Positions 1-13,063 of a stretch of DNA of 64,000 nt are shown here, one piece after another. The stretch spans positions 310,001 to 374,000 of the forward strand of contig JAAOMT010000710.1 of assembly GCA_016748015.1 (NCBI GenBank). The letters are read 5' to 3'. Numbering within the stretch: the first letter of the stretch is position 1; every line of letters starts with the position of its first letter. The notes below the pieces were generated by a model, which saw nothing but the letters and a program-made list of their open reading frames with translations, did not search any database and was not told the DNA's origin. This DNA is from Geosiphon pyriformis uo1. Its lineage: Eukaryota; Fungi; Glomeromycota. The position numbers and the translations under genes were made by a program.

Positions 1-3000
1 AAAAGCTATAAGTAGTAGTGCTAGTGGTTGTTGTTTTTTCTTCCTTCTCTTTTTTTTTTCCTTATTGCTTTCTTCTTTCTTCCAAATTATTAGCTCTTTC
101 TGGTTGTTGTCAGTTCCCTAGACTTGGTCTGAATTTCAGGTAAGTTCTTTTTTTTGCTTTTCTTTCCTATTGTCATCCCAAAAGAGTATTGGTGGTAACT
201 TGTTGTGGTCTTTGTTGGCCCATAAAACTTGGTAAGCTTCTCAGGTGGGTTTTTTTTTTCTTTCTTGAATTCAATTAGTGGTGCTGATACAGTACCATTT
301 GGTTTGAAGTGATCACATATGACTGAGACTCTTGTATATTGTCCATCCTAATTGAACTGTAGTTTCTGCATGTTCTAGTCAAGCATGGCATTGATTTTGA
401 CTAGCCAGTCATTATCAACTAATGTTTGATACTATGTAGCTTTTATTACTAAAACTTTGATTAGTGTAATAACACTATTGACTTTAAAGAGAAAATCATC
501 AATCTTACTGATAGAAGTTTTGGTTACTCCATCAGCTGTTATTATTCTGGTGCTGGCAGCATAATCAACTTGGTAACCTAATTAGTTTATGAGTTGTTGT
601 GTGATGATACTGCCTGCTGATCCACTATTCAGAATTAGTTTAATGGCCTGTCTATTGACTTTAGCATTGGTGTACATTGCAGTAATGAGTTTGGTGTTGA
701 GTATGACTTCACTAAAGAGTGGGACTGGTGTTGTTTTCTTAAATTCAAAGGGAAAAATTGCTGCTAGAGTTTTATCATCAGTAATGATAGCTGGTGATAT
801 GTTGCTAGTGAGTGATTGTTTTTGGATGGCTTTCAAGTTGTTGAATGAGGTATCTTTTGGGGTCACCAAAAGACTTAAATAGTGTTGAGAATTTGGGTTT
901 TGGGTGTATCCAGTGCCCAAATTCCATTGTTGAGATCTTGATAACTGGATTAAAGAATTGGAGATCAGCTGATAGACTACTATTGCCAATCTCTAGTTTT
1001 GTTGTATTGTTCTTAGCCTTTGGGTTCCGTTTTGAGGCAAGCTTTGTGGTAGTGTTGAATTTTGTTGGAGTTGATAAATTACTTAAGACTGTAGCTAATA
1101 GATAGATTGGGGCTGCAGTTGATAAATTATGAGTGTTGTCAGCTGATAAATTAGAGCTTGATATACAGGTGGTTAATAAATTGGCTGTTGTGTCATTTGG
1201 GTATAATAAGGTGAGTATTGATCTTAATGTGAGTATTAATTTGGAGTTTGAAACTTGTAATCAGGGTTTTAATATTGATTTTCCAATTGTGGGTTGTTAT
1301 TATAAGAGTGACAGTTAATTTTCAAATGGTTTTGTTTACCACAATTGTGGCAGATATGTGTCTCTTGTTGCCACAGCTGATTGAATGATAATGAAGGATG
1401 TGACTGATTTTGGGAGCAATTCATGTTTCCAGAATTATTGCATTATTGGGGTGGCTAATAAATTGCATGATTGTTAGCTAAGTACTCTTTTAATTTCTGA
1501 TTAATTGAATTACTAAGTTGTTTCAATTTGGAATCCAAGTCAGATAATCTATTCATTACTAGATTTATGGCTTGGGCATGGTTGGCTTCTAATTCAGCAG
1601 CTTCAAAATTTCTGGTGCTTGTAACTGTGGCTTGAAAATTTACTGGATGCATTGGACATACATGTTAGAGGATACTACTGTGTAAACTTCTAATGAATTG
1701 ATTTAGAATTTGTGACACTGTGAAATAGTCAGCTTGAATTGTCTGAATTTGGTGCAAATTTCTATGGAAGCATCCTAAGTAGATAGTAATGACTTTATTT
1801 TCTTCTTGTTTGATGGTGATAAAGGTATTTGCTAGATGATTAATACTATTATTATTGCTGAAGTATTGTAGAAATACAAGCTTAAATGCATTAAAATCCT
1901 GAGGTTTGTTGGCCAAGCTTTGATACCAAGAGTCAGCAGTATCCTGGAGAAAATAAGGGATGGCTTGTATGGCTCTGGTGTCATTCCATCTGTTGGCTGT
2001 AATGGCTTTTTCCACATTATTTAGCCACACTTGGGTGTCATTTTCTTCACTAGTGAATTTTTCAATTTTGGCAATAGGTGCATATGCCATTAGTACTAAT
2101 AGTAGTTGTTGTTATGGTTGTGGTTATTGTTGTAGTTGCTGCTGAGGTGGTGGTTGTGACTGTTGCTGTTGCTGTTTGTTAATTGGTGGAGCTAATAGTA
2201 GATTAATCACAATTATTAAAGATAAGTTTTCCTGATTAATAATATTAAGGTTTGTATTGTTCTGGTTTTCTGGAGTTTGATTAACTAAAGTTTTAATTTC
2301 TAAATTTTCTAGAATCAGATTTTGTTTGCTAATTTTCTGATTGCTGTATTCTTTTTCCTTAGAGTCAGTTATTTTTCAAAAACTAATGGCTCCGAAATCT
2401 GGTTGTGATGGTGGTAATTAAATTCCTGCTGGCATTGGGAATTGTGATTTAAATCCCTCAAAATAATTGCCATATGTTTTCAATAACTCTGCTTTTTTTT
2501 GTTTACTTTGGAATGGGATTCTGTTCAATGGTGTTGTCATGTTTGTTATAGTCACACTTATTATGTTGATAATACTTTTGAGTATGTAGTAATATAATGG
2601 ATTAGCAGGTGAATTAAATCTTTGTTTTTTCCAAGTGGGTAATTGGATTTGCTTTGGTGTTTCTGCTGGTGTTTGTAACCTTCTTTTTCTTTTATTGACA
2701 AAAGTAATAAAAAATTTTTGCTTGGTGTATTTTTCAATTTCTCTGTTTATTTCTGTGATTAAGAATGTAAATAAGTAGTTTTATGGAAGAGTGGTGCTTT
2801 GAAGTAGTTCATTAAAGAAATTGTTAAAAACAGATTCTGGATCTCCTTGGCCTTCCAAGTAATATACTATTTTTTTGTTAATGTAGCAATTGAAAGCTAA
2901 TTCTGTTGGCCAACTATTATTTGTTAATCCGAGATAAGTATGATAGTATTAGAATAAGGATTTTACAAATTCTAAATGATTTGTCTCTGTTTCTTTAAAT

Positions 3001-3541
3001 TCTGCTATTGTTTCAGATAGATGTTTATTGGTGCTGATTCTCTGTTGAATTATACTTCACAAGGAGCATCAAATGTTACAGCTGATTATTTGGGGTCTCA
3101 AAGCAAATAACAAATCTGTAACTTGGTGCTTAATTAATATACTGATGTTGGTTTCTGAAAGTTGTTTGTATCTGAAGGTTTTTTGTTATGCTCTTTGTAT
3201 AATGAACAGAGATTCAATTGATAGTTTTATTCATAGCTTCCTAAAACCACAGTTTTGTTAATTTCTTTTTTAGCATGATGGCTGGTAATTCTTTTGATAA
3301 GATATCCTTAATTCTGAGTATTTATTCTTATTCCTGTGTCTTTTACCAGTGCTATATCTAGATGTTAGTATCTCCACATATAATTTTTTTTAATCAAGTT
3401 AACAAACAATAAAGAAAATAAAGCAAGAAAAAAATAAAAAAATAAGCCAAGACAATTTGCACATTTAGTATCCCATCAATAGCCATGATTAAGAGCTATT
3501 GTTCTAGTGTGTTTTAAATATCAACAACTATCAACATAAAG
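1..3541 (-). mobile_element. Degenerate Ty3/Gypsy-like LTR retrotransposon internal region (gag, zinc knuckle, aspartic protease); continues off the left edge
   Basis: ORF 1665-2090 has a retrotransposon Gag capsid-like segment (VWLNNVEKAITANRW...YFLQDTADSWYQSL). A CCHC knuckle CHNCGKQNHLKINC reads on the minus strand at ~1310-1355. ORF 582-989 ends in a protease-like IL(N)SGSAGSII (D>N). Many stops and frameshifts. Confidence 0.75.
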
Positions 3542-3808
3542 TGTTGATAGTGGAGAGTGGATTGAGATGATAAATAATTATTTATTGATATTTATAATGT
3601 AAACAGATTGCTTAGATCAAATCTAAACTGAGAGGTCTGTTTTTTTTTCTTTTAATGCTACCATTATATATATATAATTAATGTTCTACAAAATCACTCA
3701 CATTTTTGAGTGATGTGCTATGATTTTTTAAGCAATATGCTTATGTGTTAATTACTACTCTTCTATTGGTCTACTATTTTCTATATTTGTTTTTTTTTAT
3801 AAGTAACA
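3542..3808 (-). repeat. Putative 5' LTR of the Gypsy-like element
   Basis: Bounded by TGTT...AACA, lies upstream of gag on the minus strand, and has an internal TATA run (~3664-3677). The partner LTR is not in the window, so the boundaries are unverified. Confidence 0.3.
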
Positions 3809-4476
3809 GTACTTATTGTATAATAATATCAAAACTGTCTAATTATGTATTTATTTGTTCAAAAAACACTTCTGTACAATTTGAAATTTTGTTTAGTTAT
3901 ATTAAACTATAAAGATCTTTAATAAAAGTTTACATATACTTATTATTCTTAATACTGTGTACTTTTTTTTAAGGACTTTGAATATTGGTGTTTATACAAT
4001 TTTGTGCAAAGACTTTGTTTTTAAAAATTGAATTAATAAAGTAGTATTAATTTTTAATAATAAAAAAAAGACTATATTAATAGTAGTTAATTTTATTTAT
4101 TATTTAACTAAAAAACATTACAATAAATTATGAATATTTAGATTGAAGTTTAGAATAGACATAAAAAAGAGTAGTCTAATAAGTAATAAAAAAAAGTTGT
4201 TTAATATTTCTTGTAGTTTGTCTAGTTTTTTGTTAGTTAGAGTGGTTAAATTATTGAATATTATAGAGTTATTTGTTATTAGTTTTAGATTATATAAGAC
4301 TTGTTTTTTTTTTGGGTGTTGAAGATAATGTAAAAGTTTATATAAATATGTAGTATTGTTTTAATTAATTTGAGTAACTAATTATATATAATAAATATAT
4401 AAGTTGTATTTAGTTTAAATCTCTTAATTTGGTTTTATATATTAAATAGCAATTGGACTTTATTTATTAAAATTAA

Positions 4477-4686
<210 letters not shown>

Positions 4687-5599
4687 AAAAATAAAACTAT
4701 GTTGCAAAAATTTATAAAAAAATTATTATTAATAATTGCTTTAATTTTTTTGTTTTTATTAGCTTTTAAATGTTCAATTAAAGATAAAAATATTATAAAT
4801 AGTTAACTTTAAAATTATTAATTATTCAATTAATTAAAAAATATTAAAATAAGAGTGGTATGAATTTTAAATTAATTTTGCTAATATGAATTAATAATTT
4901 TAAATGGCAAAATAATTATAGTATTTTGTTAATGTTAACATTATGATTTAATTATTAAAAAACATTTATTTTTAATATAAATTAAAATAAGATTTTTTTT
5001 AAATTTAATTTTGTTTGAAATTTTTATTTATATTTGAATAACATCATTAATTATTAGCTTTTAGTATCCGAATTTAATATTTTCTTACTGAAATTAATTA
5101 TATTTTTATTTTATTCAAAGTTTTCTATTAGGTAAATCATTAACTTAAAATGGTGTTTCCAAATAATAATATTAATTTTTATGTTTGAAACAGTATTAAT
5201 AGCTAAAATAAATATAAAAAACAATTATATTCTTTATTATCTTCTTGCTGTTTTCAATATGAAATAGAAATTAGAGCTTAAATCTTAATTAATGATAGAA
5301 AAGATCAAAATTAAGTAACATTTGAATTAAATTCTTTTTATAAAGAATCGATATATAAAAACTAATTAAATTTAAAGTTATAAATATATATTTATTAATT
5401 ATAAACAAATGATACTAGAGAGGAAAGAGAAACAACAAATAAAAAAATTAGCCGAATAAAAAATATTTATAAACATTTTATTCGTATCAATTAAATCTAG
5501 GATAACATTTAAGATATAGTGATTATGTATTTATTCACAATGATGTTAAGGGTCTTATGATTAAAATCATATGATATTTTTTATGCACCTAAAATTGGT

Positions 5600-5605
5600 T
5601 TATTA

Positions 5606-5650
<45 letters not shown>

Positions 5651-5662
5651 GTTGTTGTTGTT
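5600..5662. repeat. (TTA)n/(TTG)n microsatellite
   Basis: Seen directly. Confidence 0.9.
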
Positions 5663-5872
5663 CTACAAATAAATTTGAATTACTCTTTGTGTACTATAGC
5701 TACTCAAACCAATTTAATATAAGTTATAATTAATAGACATTTTTTGATTTTAAACTGGAGAAACAACGTAAAACACGAACTCCTCCTTTAATAGTTACTT
5801 TTTAAACATACTATCAAATAAAGCTTTAAAAAAACTCTCTTTGAATAATAAGCTTTTCATATTTTATTAATT

Positions 5873-7496
5873 ATGGGAAATCTTCAAACTAAAAAAACCC
5901 GCTCAGAAGTCTATATTAAAATAACTCGTCAATATGCTCATAATTGCAACAAGTGTAAAGTGTGTCAATGGAGTATTAAAAATAATACAAAAAGTAATGA
6001 CTGCGGTGCGTGCCAGTTCAGATTTTTTGGAAAACTTTACTGGAACTTTTCAAGTGGGAATAAAATAGTTGATGAAATAATTAAGAATCCAATCTATTTT
6101 CCACCTAATATTGAAAATAGATCTAGTTTAATTGATAATGGTAGAATTAATTTTTATGAATGGATTCCATGGGAACGATTGTCAAATATCAATGAAATTG
6201 CTAGAGGAGGATTTGGTATGATTTATAAAGCAACCCTCATTGATGGATTAATTAATGAATATCGTATAAACCATCATGGTGAAATGAAATATGAAAGATG
6301 GAGAATAGGGACAGAAGTAGCAATAAAAATTATAAAAACGAACAGTTCAGAAGTGTTTAAAGAGGTAAGCAAACTATTATAATTATTATTATTATTATTA
6401 TTATTATTATTTATATGTATTATTAATTCATATTTAACTGTTTTTTATTCTATTTATAGTTAAATATTCAAAGAGCTATAATTATTAATAATGGTGGGTA
6501 TTCAAGTACTTGTATTTCTTCAATATGGGGGATTACGCAAAACGTTGAAACATTCGAATATGGAATTGTGATGGAGTTTGCCAAACATGGAGACATGCGA
6601 AAATATTTATCGACAAATTTTCATTCTACGAGTTGGAAAGATAAATTACAGATCGCATCAAAAATAGCTAATGGACTTGAAAATATTCATTCTTCTGGTA
6701 TGGTTCATCGTGATCTACACTCGGATAACATTCTACAATTAGAAAATGAAGTGAATATTTGCGACCTAGGATTATGTCAACCTACAAACAATAAACCAAT
6801 AACAAAAAAAACAACAACAGATAAAGACGCGAAGGAAAAAAAGATATATGGAGTGATTCCATATATTCCACCAGAAGTTTTAAGAGGAGAAAATTTTACA
6901 ACAGCTGGTGATATTTATAGTTTTGCCATGTTATTATGGGAATTAGCAACAGGAAAACCTCCCTTTCATGATTGTTCTCATGATAATATTCTTATAATGG
7001 CTATTTTAAATGGTCAAAGACCTAAGATTACCTCCCCATTTATTCCATATTCTTATGCTAAACTCATTGAAAAGTGTTGGGATGTTAATCCTAAGAATCG
7101 TCCTACTGCTATAGAAGTTAGGGATAAGTTGAGGGAACTTAAGTGGTGGAGTTCCGAGTTTTATAAATCAGAGCAATACGTTTTTGATATGTTAAAGAAG
7201 GACTCTAAAGCAATACCAACACGTATTCATCCAGGAGCAGTTTATACAAGTCGTCTTTTAACTGCACAGATGGTTGATTTTTCTAAAGGTTAGTTTATTT
7301 AAGTTAAAAATAATTAATTCATTGATTTAATTATTATACAGTATATTAAATTTTCTATTTTATCTTAATTTACTTTATAAAAGAATTAGTTTATTTGCCT
7401 CAAGGTAAGAAATTACTATAAATAAAATTTTATGCTTATACTCTTTTTTAAACACTTATTGATTTTTACTATCAATTATATTTAGACGATCCTTAA
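5873..7496 (+). CDS. Tyrosine-kinase-like (TKL) protein kinase of the type expanded in arbuscular mycorrhizal fungi; 4 exons (5873-6364, 6460-7288, 7384-7404, 7486-7496)
   Basis: Motifs IARGGFGMIY, VAIK, HRDLHSDNIL, ICDLGLC, YGVIPYIPPE, GDIYSF. N-terminal Cys cluster plus WNFSSGNKIVDEII. GT-AG introns restore the frame; the last two small exons are less certain. Confidence 0.88.
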
Positions 7497-7659
7497 TATC
7501 AGTCATCTTTGCGAGTAATAATCATTTTTTAAACTCTATTAATGTGTAGAGCTTGTTAATAAATTATTATTATTATTATTATTATTATATTCATGTTTAG
7601 CCCTAAAAATAGACTAAATGATTCACCAATGAAAATTTCACCCTAAAAATTGGCAAATT

Positions 7660-9537
7660 TTATAGATACTTGGGCATTTTTTTATTGACATATGGTTTAT
7701 CAAAGTTTAATCTGGCTAAGACACATTCAAATATCAAATTTTTCATTAATTTGGTTTTAAAAAAAGCTATATCTGATAAACAATTTCTTTATTTGGTTTT
7801 GGTTGTTTTGTAATCTATAGTTAATTACAAAATACAATTTAGTTTTATTTCTAAAAACACTTATTACAAGTGAAACATACAAATTAAAAAAAATTTCAAG
7901 TTAAAATCTTATTTACCCAATTTTTTTTCAAATAAAGCAATGCTTATTCTTTTTTATATAGTTTAAAAACATTTAAGCAGATACAGGCTAAAAATAAAAT
8001 TGTAAATATAATGAACTTTTCTAATACTAATAAAATATTTGGCAAATTGTTTAAATATTAATCTTTGAATTTGCAGATTTTGAATTGGTTTTCTTATTAT
8101 TTGTTATAGTTTCTTATTAGATTAAAGATCAATTTAGTAAACAATTTTCTGGCTAATTTAGTAAAAAATTTTTAGAACTTAAATTTTTTTTTACTAAACA
8201 ATTTGTCTTTTATGTTTTAATTTGTTAATAACATGTTAATATTATTAGTATTAAAAAATCATGGTTTTTTTAATGTGTCTTACTTTCTTAAAAAATTTGG
8301 TATAACTTTTTTTAAATAGCTGTATGCCAAAAATAAGCTGATTTTTGATTAAAAAAGTTTTCATTATTAGAAAAAACTTGATTTTAGAGATCTTATTCCT
8401 AATTAATTAAAGAAAACTATTGAAATTTTAAGTAAAGATTTTTTTTATTAGAATTTAATTGGCTAATATTGGCTTTAATTTTATTGGTATATATATTTAT
8501 ACAGATAATTTGTTAAAAAATTTAGATATATTAAATATAAAAAGTAAAACAGCAGTATTTTTTGTTGATTTAAATTTAAATATTAGAATTAAAATATATA
8601 AACTTGTTTTTTTTTATGTTAATTAAGTTTCAAACAATTGTATTGGCTTTAAAATATATTTTTAACTATAATTTTATTATAGTATACTTAAACAGTTAAA
8701 CTGTTTTAAATATATATTTATTTGAATTAAATTTGGTTTGTTTAATTTTTACAACTTTTATTAATTAAAAAAACATTACATAAAAAATATTTAATATTTT
8801 GTTTATAATATTTTTAGTATTATTAATTATATTTGTTAAAAAATAAAATCTAAAACTAATGTTTTAATAATAATTTGTTTAGAAATATTGATTAAGTTTA
8901 AATTACTTTGGTTTAATATTCTAACTTATATATAATATTTAATTTTATAAGTTTATTTATAACTAATTTGTATTTTTATTTTATAAAAACATTATATTAA
9001 TATTTGTTTATTGTTATTTATAAGTAGTTATATAATAAAAAATATTTTAGTGTTTTGTGTTTTTATTATAATAAAGTTAAACTGTTTAACTATTTTTTTG
9101 TGTATAAATAAATTTTACTATCTGTTTATAAATTTTAGACTTGTTTTTTGTCTTATAAAACTTTATATTAAAATTAATTTAATTATTGTTATATATTTTA
9201 CAAATACTGTTTTTTTGTGTTTTTAATAATATATTATATACTAAATTAAATAAAAAATATGTTTTTAAAGAATAATATTTGAAGTTTTTTTCTGTTTTTA
9301 AAAACTTTAAAATTATTGCTTATAAGATTATAAATTTTGTTTAAAGTTTAAGTGTAATTTACTGTAATAAAATATAATTAGTTTGATTTAAATATAAAAC
9401 TTTTATAAAAAAAAATAATTTAATATTTAAAAATAATTCTTTGATTTTTATAATTAGTAATTTTTTAACATAATTATTTTTAGTATTGTTAAATTATTAA
9501 ATATAATTATTAAATTAAATATTAGTTTTGGTTTATT
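7660..9537 (+). mobile_element. LINE-E: heavily eroded 3' part of LINE ORF2 (post-RT, RNase H, C-terminus)
   Basis: GATACTTGGGCATTTTTTTATTG...AAAAAAGCTATATCTGATAAACAATTTCTTTATTTGG aligns with YLGIFL...LKKAVSDKQFLYLV of LINE-A (15570-15700). Becomes progressively more AT-rich. Confidence 0.8.
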
Positions 9538-11126
9538 TATAAGTAAAATCTAATTGTTATCTAGTACAAAAAATCAAATTAAATGATTTACAGGGGGGTA
9601 TAAAAAGTATTAGACACTTAATATAATATATAAAAAAGACTATATATTGTAATATTATTACCAATTTAAGTCATAATTTTTTTTATAATTACTTATAGTT
9701 ATAATCTACAAATCAACATAAATCATGTCTTTGTAAAACACAACAATAGATTATATATGTATATATAAAATATCAAACATTCTTGTCGTAAAAAAATTTA
9801 TCACATCAAATATGTCTTGGAAAAAAACTTTCTAAATACCAAAAAAGAGGGATTATTTCAGCAAAAAAGTTAAGACATACAAACAGTGAGATTTTCACGA
9901 CTATTGAATGTTCATATTCTTCTGTAATACATATATGAAGTTATACAAACTAAAAAAACTTCCTAAAAAATGAACAGATTGACCACAAATTCTTGACAAA
10001 TGTGTATGTGAACAACTCAAATATTCAATAATGAAGAATAAAAAAACCCACTGCCAAACTTTTTCTTAAATATGATTGAATTTTATTAAAGATATCAACA
10101 AATCTATTTCTATACAAACTATTTAAAATAGATTAGCTTAAGAAAAACTTCATTCATGAATTTTTTGTTTCAAGTTATTAATTTCCAAATCAAATAAAGA
10201 AAAACATTTACAATGGACTTGTACTTATGAAAATTAGAGAGTAAAAGATTTTAAATGAGTTGTTTGGTCAGATAAATCTACATATACACAATTTAGAACT
10301 ACAGAATTTGGACATGCATGATGTAAACTTTCCAAAAAGTTTCATAAGAATTGTATTGCAGCCACAGTTAGAAAAAGCTTTGGTCGCATATTTTGGAGAT
10401 GTTTTTCATGGATTGGTTTGTGTCCTTTAGTTCTTTTGATTGGTCATATTATTGGAGTTATACACCACAAAATCTTGGCTAATTATGCAATTTCTATGAT
10501 AAAATTTTATGCAAAAAAAACTAAAAAAAAGTTTTTTTTTTAAAAAGACAATGTACCAATTCATACATCAAAAGTTGCTTTTTTTACCTTTTTAAATATT
10601 GAATTACTTCTTTGATCAGCACAAAGTCCTAATATAACTCCAATAGAAAATTTTTGGTCATATATTGAAGTTATAATTTGTTAACAGAATTCACAATCCT
10701 CAAATACTGTGCAATTAGAACAGTGGGTTAAGGAAAAATAGATGCAATACCTGTATATTACTATCATAATTTGATCAAATCTATGCCATGTTGAGTTCAA
10801 GCTATTCTTGAAGCAAATAGAGATCAAACAAAATACTAACATGTATTTTAATATAATAATAAAAAATATAATAATTCATAAGTTATTTCTTTTATATAAC
10901 ATATTATAAAAGTGTCCAATATTTTTTATACTCCCCTGTATATTAAATATAACTCACATTTTTAATATATATAACCAGTTACTTAAGCTAAACAAGACAT
11001 TATTACATATTTATATAAACTAAAATTTTACTTTTTAAACCAAAAAAAAAGAGCATAGACTATACTTACTAAAACTTGTAAAAAATTCAATAACCTTTAA
11101 TATATAAATTATATTATATTAATAAA
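9538..11126 (-). mobile_element. LINE-D 3' end (eroded ORF2 C-terminus and 3' UTR), interrupted by Tc1
   Basis: With the Tc1 removed, the sequence matches the 3' UTR at 63128-63246. 11000-11100 (minus) resembles the ORF2 C-terminus (CSFF...stop). Confidence 0.7.
9591..10938 (+). mobile_element. Tc1/mariner DNA transposon (1348 bp) with pseudogenised DDE transposase
   Basis: 29-bp TIRs CAGGGG(G/A)GTATAAAAA(G/A)TATT(A/G)GACACTT with 3 mismatches. TA duplication at 9589-90 and 10939-40. Relic motifs VVWSD(K)S (~10260), KDNVPIHTS (~10545), AQSPNITPIENFWS (~10620-10660). Confidence 0.92.
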
Positions 11127-11270
11127 AAAAAAAACTTCTTTCTCTCCTTTATCCAAATTTCCCAAAAAAGAGTCAAAAGTTATTTTGAAAGAAATTTTTT
11201 TACCATTTAGTATGATAAATCAAAACTGTTCTTCAATTATGAGACCACTGTTGGTTCTGTTATTGCTGTT

Positions 11271-13063
11271 ATGAAAAAGACTGTTAAAGTTTCTGGTTCT
11301 GAGAGTAGTTTTAAGGTGGTTGTATCAAGGAAAAAGAGGAAGGAAGGTGTGTTGACAGAGAGTATTGATAATAAAGGGGTTGCTGCTAAAGCTCCTGGTG
11401 TTTGTTTATGGGGTTCAGAGACTGGGGACACTATTGAATCTGAGAGTGTTGATATGGAAGAGGAGTGTCTGGTAAAGGAGACCAGCTTTGATTATGGTAA
11501 AGGTGGTGCTCTGGCTGGTGAGGATCATGATCAGACACTCACGAGTTCAAAAGTTAAAACCAAAAAGACATTGGGCAAGCCATTGGGTAAGATTGATTTC
11601 TCAAAAGGTAGTGATAATAATGGTGTTCTCTCGGATGCTCCTCTTGAGCTCTTCCCTTCTATGAAAAACTTGGTCAATATTCCAGTCAGGAAGTCATTTG
11701 CATTGGATATTGGCTTGGATAAGGTGGCCAGCAAATCTTCTCAGGAAAAGCTTGTAATAGTGAGGAAATTATTTTCTGGAATCAATGGTTTTGGGGGACG
11801 TCTATTCTCTCAAAATTCTCAGGGATCATCAGAGCAATGTTCACTTCTGAATTGAGTCTAATAAAAGCTACTGATAAGGCTGCAAGTGCGAAGATCTTAG
11901 TAAACACTAATCTCAAAAAATCTTCTGGGCAGTCAGATCGGGTTGTGGTCATAAAAGAAATTCCAATTGGAACATCAGCTGAGACTGTGTGCGCTGCATT
12001 ATCCGAGTTTGGAGTTGTTAAAACGATCAAAATGCAATTAATTAGGCTGTGGCAGAAGGCAGTAGTAGATTTTGAGCAATTAGATCAGACTGATTTGGTT
12101 GTAGCTGAGTGGTCTATTCTGATAGAGAAAGATGCTGTATGCGTGGTTAGGGCTGATTCAGACAAAGAGGCGTGGAATGCAAGAAATCGACATAGGGCAT
12201 TGCTTTACACATTGTCAATGGGGACCAATGCTCATGATATCTGAGACTTTGTTAAATCTGTGGGTGGAAGAACATGTGTCATTGATCATCATCCTGTTAC
12301 ATATGCTCAGGCCAGGTGCACTGTTGTTTGCTTTGACTCTGCTGAATCATTGGATGTTGCTGTGAAAACCACACCAGTACTTAAAAATGCCAATCTCCGC
12401 TGGTCTTGCCTTATTTCTGCTAAATGCGCCAAGTATGATAAGTTGGGTCATACATCATTAGATTGTGTAGTTGGTGGGAAATTTTCTTTTGGTAATTCAT
12501 TGCATAGGGCTTTCTTGGACACAGATAAAAGCAGGCTGGCAACCATCTATGCCAAATGCTCAGCTTCAGTTGGTCGTCCAGTCTCTTTTGGTGGTCTATT
12601 TTGGGCGAAGGTTGTTCACGGGTCTTCTTCTCTTCTCCTCTCTAGTCAGAATGTTTTGGTAAATGATGGCTCCTCTTCAGAGATGAAGCCATCCATACTG
12701 GTTATGATGGAGGTCAACAATAGATTTACCACTCTTGAGTGCAGTCTCGCCAGTCTTGTGGAGCAAGTTAGTAAGCTGGCTAAGAGGTTGGATGCACTCA
12801 GGCCAATAGTTCCTCAGCCTAGCCCTGGATGTTAGCCATTGGTGACCCCTTCATCACAGAATCAAGAGGCGGATGTAGTGATGAGTGAGGACTCGAATGT
12901 GTCCACTAGTGGTGGGACTGTTGTAGGAGTAGTGTCTTTTGATATGTCTTTGGTGTCTAAGCTAGAAGACAGTATAAAGTGTCTAATGGAAACAGTTCTG
13001 GGCCTTTTGGCCAAAGTAAATAGTATAGGTGCACGTTTAGTATCCCTACCCCTCACTCAATGA
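11271..13063 (+). pseudogene. LINE-A ORF1 (RRM-like domains, CCHC knuckle, C-terminal coiled coil)
   Basis: Fragments 11271-11855, 11837-12244, 12260-12835, 12839-13063. VVIKEIPIGTSAETV RRM-like segment; CAK(Y)DKLGHTSLDC knuckle. Confidence 0.8.
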
